Below are positions 8,527 to 15,404 of a stretch of DNA of 24,797 nt, piece after piece; position 1 is the stretch's first letter, and the number at the start of each line of letters is the position of its first letter. A program made the translations under genes and the position numbers. The notes below the pieces were generated by a model. That model made no database searches and was not told the origin of the DNA. It was given only the letters and a program-made list of their open reading frames with translations. Origin of the DNA: a virus (lineage: Duplodnaviria > Heunggongvirae > Uroviricota > Caudoviricetes); the IMG/VR virus record IMGVR_UViG_3300017649_000001, positions 1 to 24,797 of that record; one strand, written 5' to 3'.

Positions 8527-9096
8527 ATGACCTATTATTTGTCGTTGGATAATGACCCCAAGAATAACAAGTTTCAGTTCGTTTGCCCAATCTTCGAAAC
8601 GAAGGTTCACATGGCGCACTGTGTTCATCTTCGCAACATCGTTTGGTGCGGCGGTCGAAGCGAAATCAGGCGCGGCTGCCAGGCGTGCATGTTGTCGGGT
8701 AAATGTCCGGCCTCTGAAATCGTGCGCAAGATAAGTTTTCATAAGGATACGCCAGACGACTACGGCAGTGCTACTCCCGTCCTTGGCAAGATTCGCCGAG
8801 ACGTTCTTGAGAAAGTCGCTCCAGTCATCGTTCAGGAAAAACACATGCAGGAGCTGCGTGTTTCCGAAGCGGAAAGGGCGCTCATCATGACCGCGTCCGA
8901 ACGAATACGAAAACTCATTCCTTCAGCTCCTGAGCCAAGTAACGCAGCGCCGAACTATTCCCGGCGCGCGCCAACCAGTTCTGACCGCGCTCCTCGTTCG
9001 ACACGTAGGCAGGCAGCGCCGAAACCAACATCAACTGTCAATAACGCGGCGCGCACCGGTGACATGTCGGCCGCCATCAATATGGAGGCATCATAA
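8527..9096 (+). CDS. Cys-rich hypothetical protein (probable Zn-binding N-domain, disordered basic/Pro-rich tail)
   Basis: CP...C...C...CQAC...CP pattern; TAATG overlap with the ligase. Confidence 0.75.
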   Translation: MTYYLSLDNDPKNNKFQFVCPIFETKVHMAHCVHLRNIVWCGGRSEIRRGCQACMLSGKCPASEIVRKISFHKDTPDDYGSATPVLGKIRRDVLEKVAPVIVQEKHMQELRVSEAERALIMTASERIRKLIPSAPEPSNAAPNYSRRAPTSSDRAPRSTRRQAAPKPTSTVNNAARTGDMSAAINMEAS

Positions 9097-10601
9097 TGCG
9101 CGGAGTAGTTTCAGCTTCGGATCGAATGAAGGCAGAAGAATACAAGGTTGCTCGTCTCCTTGAGAATATTCGCGACACGCCTTCTCTGAGAGAAAAGAAG
9201 GAAATGGTGGAGGAGCTGCTCGACCTGGAGCTTGGCGCGTTTGTTCTCAAATGGGCGCTCGATCCCGACTACACGTTCGGGATTTCGCCAGAGCGCATCG
9301 TTGGCGGCGGCCGTCTTTCACTTACGCCAAGTCGAACCATGGGGCTTCTGTCTGATCTGGTTCAGCGCAAGCTCAGCGGAAACGCAGCCATCGCTCAGAT
9401 GCGAGATTATATGCAGATGCTTTCACCTGATGGATCGGAGCTGCTATTTCTCATTCTGTCCAAGAATTTACGCTGCGGTTTCGGCACGCGAATGGTCAAC
9501 GAGATCCGACCCGGCTTCATCAACACCTTTGAGGTCATGCGCGCTCAGAAATACGAGGAAAAGCGCGTTGCTGGCTGGAAAAACATCGTCGGTGAGCCAA
9601 AGCTCGACGGTAATCGAAATACGTTTCTATGTTCAAACGGGCAGGGTGCATTCTACACGCGTTCTGGCGAGATTGTTCGGGCGCTCGATTTTGCGGTTGC
9701 TCCAATAATGAAGGTGGCAAAGCTGATCGCCGAGCAGGATCCCGAGTTCTATATTCGCACGGTTGATGGCGAGAAGGGACTTTATTTCGCGCTTGATGGC
9801 GAGGCGATGATGGGTTTGTTCGGTGACACCGGAAAGCTTCGTCGCAAAAACGAGCAGGCGAAAAACGCGGAGCTGCATCTTTACGATATCATTCGCTATT
9901 CGGACTGGACGGGCGAAAGCGCAAAACCGATGACGCTGAAGGAGCGTCGTGAGAAACTAGCAGCCTTCTGCCGTGTTGCCAGGGTACTTCTGAAAGGCGA
10001 GTTCGAAAATCTCGTTCAAATTGTCCCTCAGACGCCGCTCACCGACGTGGCCGAGATTGAGGATTATTATAATACTTGTGTCACAACTCCGCTTGGTTCG
10101 TATCTGGCACGTGGTGATCTCGATCAGGAAATTGAATTGACCATTGCGCTCACAGACGAGCAAACTGGGCTTCCAAAGAACCTTGAAGGAGCGATGATCA
10201 AGAATCTCGACGCGCCGTATGAGCGCAAGAAGTCTTACAATTGGCTCAAGATGAAGCCGAAAGAGACAGAGGATCTTCAGATCACCGGTGCTTTCCCAGG
10301 CGAGCCGCATAAAAAGTACGAGAACACGCTCGGTGGTGTTCTGGTAGATCGTCAGGGCGTTGAATGTCGCATCGTCGGCTTCTCGGACGAAATGCGCGAT
10401 GAACTGTGGGCGCTCTATCAGCAGGATCTCGAAGCAATCGCCGATCATGGCATCGAGGACCTATCCGACTTCAGCGGCAAGCTGATCGGGCGGCTGATTG
10501 AGGTCAAGTTCCAGGAGGTGACACCAGATGGCTCACTTCGTCACGCAAATTTCGTGCGCTTCCGGGACGACAAAGCTGAAGAGGTTCGCGAAGCAGCCTA
10601 G
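9096..10601 (+). CDS. lig: ATP-dependent DNA ligase
   Basis: Motif I EPKLDGNR, then LDGE, LYD, EGAMIK, WLKMKP, and a C-terminal OB fold (IEVKFQEVTPDGSLRHANFVRFRDDK). Confidence 0.93.
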   Translation: MRGVVSASDRMKAEEYKVARLLENIRDTPSLREKKEMVEELLDLELGAFVLKWALDPDYTFGISPERIVGGGRLSLTPSRTMGLLSDLVQRKLSGNAAIAQMRDYMQMLSPDGSELLFLILSKNLRCGFGTRMVNEIRPGFINTFEVMRAQKYEEKRVAGWKNIVGEPKLDGNRNTFLCSNGQGAFYTRSGEIVRALDFAVAPIMKVAKLIAEQDPEFYIRTVDGEKGLYFALDGEAMMGLFGDTGKLRRKNEQAKNAELHLYDIIRYSDWTGESAKPMTLKERREKLAAFCRVARVLLKGEFENLVQIVPQTPLTDVAEIEDYYNTCVTTPLGSYLARGDLDQEIELTIALTDEQTGLPKNLEGAMIKNLDAPYERKKSYNWLKMKPKETEDLQITGAFPGEPHKKYENTLGGVLVDRQGVECRIVGFSDEMRDELWALYQQDLEAIADHGIEDLSDFSGKLIGRLIEVKFQEVTPDGSLRHANFVRFRDDKAEEVREAA

Positions 10602-10602
10602 T

Positions 10603-11685
10603 TCATGGCGTCTCCTTTAGCTTTCGCAGCAGAAGGCGGCGCATTTCAAACGCCAGGTCAAACTTGCCGGACTTAATCATCCGGCACACTGACCGGAAAT
10701 AGCCGCCAAAATTCGCGATCGGTTGTGATCCTACAGCCGGTCGCGCCTGCATTTGCATCACGTATAGGAATGCGGCCGCCGCGGACGACCCGCCGATACT
10801 GTCACGCGCTTCCTCCCAGGCATCATTACTCACGCCAAACGCGCCGCGCAGCTTCACCACCCCGCTAACCAGGTGCTGTTCAGTCCGCACTTCCTCAAAA
10901 TACTCCATCGCGTCCGGGCACGCCGCCGTCAGATCGCTAATTCGCAGCGCCGCCGCTTGGCTTTCTTCGGAAGCCCCCTTACAAAAATTGGAATCTTTGT
11001 TGTTATCTATATGACGGCAATTATTGCCGCCAGAGGCGGATTTATATCTCTCTTCGGCATCAATACGGAGCTGGCGCCATTCCTCGATAAACGGTTCAGG
11101 AGAGGCGAGTGACCCGCGGCGAGGAAGTCTACCCATCAAAGCGACGAAGCGCTCCATTAGGTCCTCGGCGTCGATCTCAGCCAGAATGCCGCGAACCGTG
11201 CGTCGTTCCATCGTCAGCTCGTCAAATTTGGCCGATCGCTCCCGCTTGGCCGTCTCGATCAGATAAGATAACTTATGGAACTCGGACTGACGTGCCATTA
11301 ATGGCCCGAGATCAAAACCGAAGGCTTTAATTATTTTACCGTCACGGCTTCTCTGAGCGAACCTTTTGCCATTTGCCGAGTCCTTGGCATTAATAAGCCC
11401 AAGATCAATGAGCTGGCGCAGCGCATATCGAATAGATCGCTCAGAAATTCCGGAATTTTCGCATAAATATTCATTGGAAGGCCAAACGAGAATTTTGCCT
11501 TCAATCATTTCATTGCCATAAACAGCGCAAAGCTGTGTCAGCACATGACGCACCGAGCTTGTGAGTTGCAGAGCCTTACCGGCCAGCGTTGCTGCCTGGA
11601 GCAGTTCGCTTCGGGTGACAGGTTGCAACTCCTCGTGCGTAACAGCAGGCGCATAGCTCCGCTGCCCGAACACGCGGGTTCCCAT
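10603..11685 (-). CDS. repC: Plasmid replication initiator RepC (repABC/repC family)
   Basis: N-domain VWPSNEYL...GISERSIRYALRQLIDLGLI..KDSANGKRF...AFGFDLGPL and C-domain ACPD...GVSNDAWEEA...FGGYFRS match RepC. RBS GGAG precedes the ATG. Confidence 0.92.
   Translation of the reverse strand: MGTRVFGQRSYAPAVTHEELQPVTRSELLQAATLAGKALQLTSSVRHVLTQLCAVYGNEMIEGKILVWPSNEYLCENSGISERSIRYALRQLIDLGLINAKDSANGKRFAQRSRDGKIIKAFGFDLGPLMARQSEFHKLSYLIETAKRERSAKFDELTMERRTVRGILAEIDAEDLMERFVALMGRLPRRGSLASPEPFIEEWRQLRIDAEERYKSASGGNNCRHIDNNKDSNFCKGASEESQAAALRISDLTAACPDAMEYFEEVRTEQHLVSGVVKLRGAFGVSNDAWEEARDSIGGSSAAAAFLYVMQMQARPAVGSQPIANFGGYFRSVCRMIKSGKFDLAFEMRRLLLRKLKETP
10960..11060. other. Candidate oriV inside repC
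   Basis: AT-rich patch with a GANTC site in the region encoding the interdomain linker. In characterised repABC replicons the origin lies within repC. Boundaries are approximate. Confidence 0.35.
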
Positions 11686-11735
11686 ATCTCCAAACCTTTA
11701 TTTAGGCCAAGCGATCCCGTTCGCCCAGAAAGGCG

Positions 11736-11764
11736 TTGACAGGTGATTCGGAATTGGAGTAGGA
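11736..11764 (+). promoter_or_regulatory. Antisense (ctRNA) promoter in the repC leader
   Basis: TTGACAGGTGATTCG resembles the conserved TTGACAGTGATTCG ctRNA promoter of repABC plasmids as I recall it. It is oriented opposite to repC and contains a GANTC site at 11745. Confidence 0.65.
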
Positions 11765-11767
11765 AGA

Positions 11768-11878
11768 AGACGCTTTAAGGATTTTGGTTCTTCCTACCCT
11801 TGGTTTTCCAAGTGATCGAAAGAGGTTCCTTCTTCCTACAAATTTCCAACCCGTGGCTCCAACCACGGGTTTTTATTT
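11768..11878 (+). ncRNA. Putative countertranscribed replication-control RNA (ctRNA/inc-alpha-like)
   Basis: Bounded by the TTGACA promoter and a hairpin-U terminator, antisense to the repC leader. The 5' end is inferred. Confidence 0.55.
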
Positions 11879-11879
11879 T
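11848..11879 (+). terminator. Intrinsic terminator of the putative ctRNA
   Basis: AACCCGTGG-ctccaa-CCACGGGTT followed by TTTATTTT. Confidence 0.75.
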
Positions 11880-12079
11880 GCTTGGCGAGTTTCCTTTAAA
11901 TTTCGCAAGGCGGCAGAAATTAATTCGGACCTGCTTTTCAGTCCTTCTTCCGCCATTACGCTATCTACAAAGTCTCTCTCCTCTTTTTTGAGCCAGATAT
12001 TCACCTGAATAAACCCCTGGTTAGCCCGGCGTTCTCTGAATGCCTTCAGCTTATTATTTGCCAAATTGGGTTCACTCAT
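11873..12079 (-). CDS. Ribbon-helix-helix (CopG-like) DNA-binding protein
   Basis: QVNIWLKKEERDFVDSVMAEEGLKSRSELISAALR fits the beta-alpha-alpha RHH pattern. Co-oriented with and upstream of repC. Confidence 0.75.
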   Translation of the reverse strand: MSEPNLANNKLKAFRERRANQGFIQVNIWLKKEERDFVDSVMAEEGLKSRSELISAALRNLKETRQAK

Positions 12080-12374
12080 GGTTACTGCTCCGTTAATGCG
12101 ATTTCTAGCTACTCAGATTCTTTCCGATTCTACAAGCGCCCCAAAATGGCCCTCCTCTGGAATCTTTCATTCCCTCTGAATAAGGGGGTTAAATAATTGT
12201 TGAATAATTATTTTCGTAAAAAGTCGTGGTTTTAAGCGATTCCCTCTTGATTTCTCACTATTTAATTACTTATCAATGTCGCAACGACAAAAGGCGATCA
12301 TCGACGAAGTTACAAACTGAGTTCCGTTAGGATGATGTAATGCGGAATTAAAGATACAGGCAAGGAGATCGATA

Positions 12375-12818
12375 ATGGGCGAACCGACTAAGTTTAATGA
12401 ATTTTTACAAAATGCACTTGAGCGTCCGCATGGCCTGACGAACAAGGAAATCGCCGACAAGGTTGGTATCCCTAATGCCAACATGATCTCCATGTTCAAG
12501 AGAAACCCCGATTACAAGACGCCACTTCAATATATTGCCGGTCTCTCCAAGGTGCTTGGCTTTGACTTCCGCTACGGAATGCGCCTGGCATTGCAGCAAT
12601 ATTATACCGATGATGTTATCAACGCCCTCGAGCGCGCATTCGTCGAAATGACGGACGACGAGCAGGCGGTCCTGAACGAATATCGCGAAGCTAAAAAGTC
12701 CGGAAAAGCTTTTGCTGTTGATGGCGAAACGCTTTCCGAGGAAGAAGCGGAGGTAATCCGCAACATGCGGAAGCTTCGCGAACTGGGAGTTCCGGTGAAC
12801 TTCAGCAAAGGCGCCTGA
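12375..12818 (+). CDS. XRE/Cro-C1-like HTH regulator (candidate master repressor)
   Basis: LTNKEIADKVGIPNANMISMFKR helix-turn-helix, RBS AAGGAG, own downstream terminator, divergent from RHH-repC. Confidence 0.75.
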   Translation: MGEPTKFNEFLQNALERPHGLTNKEIADKVGIPNANMISMFKRNPDYKTPLQYIAGLSKVLGFDFRYGMRLALQQYYTDDVINALERAFVEMTDDEQAVLNEYREAKKSGKAFAVDGETLSEEEAEVIRNMRKLRELGVPVNFSKGA

Positions 12819-12846
12819 TAGCGCTACCCAAAACCGACGTTTGAGT

Positions 12847-12870
12847 AAAACAAGGCTGCGGCCTTGTTTT
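12847..12870. terminator. Intrinsic terminator (potentially bidirectional)
   Basis: AAAACAAGGC-tgcg-GCCTTGTTTT perfect hairpin. Confidence 0.8.
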
Positions 12871-12886
12871 ATATTGCTCCTCAGTC

Positions 12887-12904
12887 TCACTAACCGGTTA
12901 TTTA
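12887..12904. promoter_or_regulatory. Operator palindrome
   Basis: TCACTAA-ccgg-TTATTTA; its arms are the reverse complement of those at 15352. Confidence 0.65.
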
Positions 12905-12917
12905 GCTAGGTGACAAC

Positions 12918-13112
12918 ATGTCTAATAAAGCAGTTCTTCAGGAAATTCGTATCAATGAAGCCGAAGTGTTCGAGCAGATCGACAAGATTTCGAATCCGAC
13001 GGTGATCGATATGAATGGACTGACTATTTATAGCGGAAATCACGAAGAATATGGCAATTGCCGTTTGATCGTTACAGCGTTCGCCGAAGCGGTTTTGTAT
13101 TTCGCCAAGTGA
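12918..13112 (+). CDS. Small hypothetical protein (64 aa)
   Basis: RBS AGGTG, operator directly upstream, fills the gap before the vWA gene. Confidence 0.65.
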   Translation: MSNKAVLQEIRINEAEVFEQIDKISNPTVIDMNGLTIYSGNHEEYGNCRLIVTAFAEAVLYFAK

Positions 13113-13150
13113 TCCCCAGATCGATTTCGAATAACTTGTGAGCAGTTGAA

Positions 13151-13168
13151 TAACTCACAAGTTATTTC
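13151..13168. promoter_or_regulatory. Operator palindrome (degenerate)
   Basis: TAACTCA-caag-TTATTTC, overlapping a 13-bp inverted repeat at 13130-13166. Confidence 0.5.
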
Positions 13169-13204
13169 TTTTATGAACAGCAGCAGCAACGTCCGAGGTC
13201 AGGA

Positions 13205-15280
13205 ATGTCCAATTCTGTAATGCAGATTGCACAGCTCAAGGAAGTCATCCAGAAGCTTGTGCCACTTATCGCCGGCAAGGGACTTGAGGTTACTCAACGC
13301 GGCTCCAAAGCATACGTTAAGACCCATCCTGTCACCGGCAAGCCTGTCTCGGTGAATATTCCGAATATCTCCGATAATGCGTCGCCCGATTTCGTGCGCG
13401 CTATTCAGGGCTTCATCGATCACGAAGTGGCTCACGTTCTCTTCACCGATTTCGATATCTACACCTCGGCAGGCGCAGATCAGTTGAAGCTTTCACCGAA
13501 GCAGCGCCGCTTCACCGAGATCCACAATATCGTTGAAGACACCATGATCGAACGTGAAATGGTGAAAATGTTTGAAGGATCGGCTCGCAATCTCTCCGAT
13601 CTCGGAACGCACTTCATCGAGAAGGTGACCAAGCCGGCGATCGCCAAGGCCGGCTCACCGGAAGAGGAATTTCAGTACCTGTTCGTTCCGATGACGCGAG
13701 CGCTAGCCGGTCAGAAGGTTTTTCAGAATTTCATGGACGACGGCGGCTACTGGAAACACCCTGTGGTCGAAGACGTGATGAGCAAGCTGTCTACCGAGAG
13801 CAAGCAGTTTCTGGCGAAGGCCCGCTCCACAAAAGAGACCCACAAGGTCGCCAAGGAGTTCGAGAAAATCTTCTTCGGCGACGATGAAGATGATGAAGAC
13901 GAAGAGGATGGCGATGACGGTCAGCCGTCGCGCAGCCAGGACAAGCCCGACAAAAAGGCGGGTGCTGGAAACGGAACTGGCAAGCGTGACCATTCAGAGA
14001 GCAAGCCTGGTGAAGAAGGCGACGACGAGGGTGAAGGCACGTCCGGCTCAGGCAGCTCAGGTGGCGAAGGAGATGAATCCGAGGCGGAAAGTGAAGGTGA
14101 CGAAGGTGGTAGCGACGGCTCCGCGGGTTCAGGTGGCAAGCCGAAAGGTAAGATGAGTGACGAGGTCGGTGATGGCAACGGCGAAGATGTTACCACGGAC
14201 GGCGCAACTGGCGGCGGCAACGGCGAGTTCATGTCCGAGGAAGACCCGCAGTCAGGTGGCGGCGGCGTCGGTAATGGTTCCGTGAAAAAGTCCATCTTCG
14301 AGTTCGAAGATGATGCGTTCAAGGAAGCAGACGTCTCCTCAAAACTCTGCATCGAGATTGAGGAAGAAGCCGTCGATATCATGAAGGCGGCCGACTATAA
14401 CGTTTACACGACGGAGTTTGATCGTATCGAGCCACTGCTGGTTCCAGAAAACATCAATCCAAAATGGATTCCTGAGATGGAAGAAGCGACCTCGCTTCTA
14501 TGCGGCAGAATGCAAAAGGATATCGAACGTCTGATGGCGGCTCAGTCCGTTGTAACGCGTGTGCCAGGCTATCGTCGTGGTCGTTTGCATATGGCTTCGC
14601 TTCATCGCGTGGTTCAGGGTGATGATCGCGTCTTCACGCAGAAAGTGGAAAACCGCTCCAAGGATACGGCAGTTTCGCTTCTCATCGACAACTCCGGTTC
14701 AATGCATGGTGAGAAAATGCGTGTAGCGATGCTGGCCGGTTACGCTCTTTCCCGCACGCTTGAACGCGTTAAGATTACCCATGAAGTGATCGGCTTCACA
14801 ACGGGAAGTTGGGGCGATCTTCCACAAGACGTCCTGAAGGCAATGTATGATGAGGCGCGCAATAGCGGGATTTCATATGATCGCGATTGTACGCTGGCGA
14901 TGCCAATCTACAAAGACTTCAACGAGCGGGTTGATTCCACTGTCAAGACACGCATCGCTTACGCCATGAACGCACAGCGCGGCCTGTCAGGCAATATTGA
15001 CGGCGAATCCCTGCGCGTAGCAGCCAATCGTCTTCATACGCGATCTGAAAAGCGAAAGGTGATGTTGGTTCTGTCAGATGGCCAGCCCGCAGGATCGCAC
15101 CGCGCCGCCCCTCACCTGAAGCAAACGGTTCAGGATCTGAAGAAAGAGGGTATCGAGTGTGTTGGGATCGGCATTCTCACTGACGCGGTGAAGAAATTCT
15201 ACCCAAATCACGTGGTGCTTCGCAACGTTAACGAGCTTCCAGGCGAAGTGATGGGTCAGCTCAAGGCAATCCTTCAGTAA
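13205..15280 (+). CDS. CobT-like vWA-domain protein (MoxR partner) with HExxH N-domain and acidic linker
   Basis: IDHEVAHVLFT and NIVED in the N-domain; D/E/G/S-rich linker at about 13870-14330; vWA MIDAS LIDNSGSM and VLSDGQP. Confidence 0.88.
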   Translation: MSNSVMQIAQLKEVIQKLVPLIAGKGLEVTQRGSKAYVKTHPVTGKPVSVNIPNISDNASPDFVRAIQGFIDHEVAHVLFTDFDIYTSAGADQLKLSPKQRRFTEIHNIVEDTMIEREMVKMFEGSARNLSDLGTHFIEKVTKPAIAKAGSPEEEFQYLFVPMTRALAGQKVFQNFMDDGGYWKHPVVEDVMSKLSTESKQFLAKARSTKETHKVAKEFEKIFFGDDEDDEDEEDGDDGQPSRSQDKPDKKAGAGNGTGKRDHSESKPGEEGDDEGEGTSGSGSSGGEGDESEAESEGDEGGSDGSAGSGGKPKGKMSDEVGDGNGEDVTTDGATGGGNGEFMSEEDPQSGGGGVGNGSVKKSIFEFEDDAFKEADVSSKLCIEIEEEAVDIMKAADYNVYTTEFDRIEPLLVPENINPKWIPEMEEATSLLCGRMQKDIERLMAAQSVVTRVPGYRRGRLHMASLHRVVQGDDRVFTQKVENRSKDTAVSLLIDNSGSMHGEKMRVAMLAGYALSRTLERVKITHEVIGFTTGSWGDLPQDVLKAMYDEARNSGISYDRDCTLAMPIYKDFNERVDSTVKTRIAYAMNAQRGLSGNIDGESLRVAANRLHTRSEKRKVMLVLSDGQPAGSHRAAPHLKQTVQDLKKEGIECVGIGILTDAVKKFYPNHVVLRNVNELPGEVMGQLKAILQ

Positions 15281-15302
15281 GCCCAAAAAATGCGCAAAGG
15301 AC

Positions 15303-15369
15303 TAACTAATACGTTAGTTGCCAGTTGAAGCCCTTTGCGCAATCGCGTAAATAAATAATCAGTTAGTGA
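15303..15369. promoter_or_regulatory. Two operator palindromes upstream of the AAA+ gene
   Basis: TAACTAA-tacg-TTAGTTG at 15303-15320 and TAAATAA-tcag-TTAGTGA at 15352-15369, plus an extra half-site TAACTAA at 15374. Confidence 0.75.
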
Positions 15370-15404
15370 GAACTAACTAAATCAGCAGCAGCAACGAGGA
15401 TCAG

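Noticed and set aside
11784-12008. Hydrophobic + strand ORFs (11784-12008, 11800-11991) as a type I toxin
   Set aside because: No clear RBS, they run through a terminator and overlap the RHH gene antisense; a ctRNA explains the region better.
12255-12272. Operator copy upstream of the repressor (TCACTAT-ttaa-TTACTTA)
   Set aside because: Three mismatches to the consensus in AT-rich sequence; possible autoregulatory site but unsupported.
13921-14382. Pro/Ser-rich minus-strand ORF (and 13703-13993, 13884-14156)
   Set aside because: Shadow frames of the acidic Gly-rich linker of the vWA gene.
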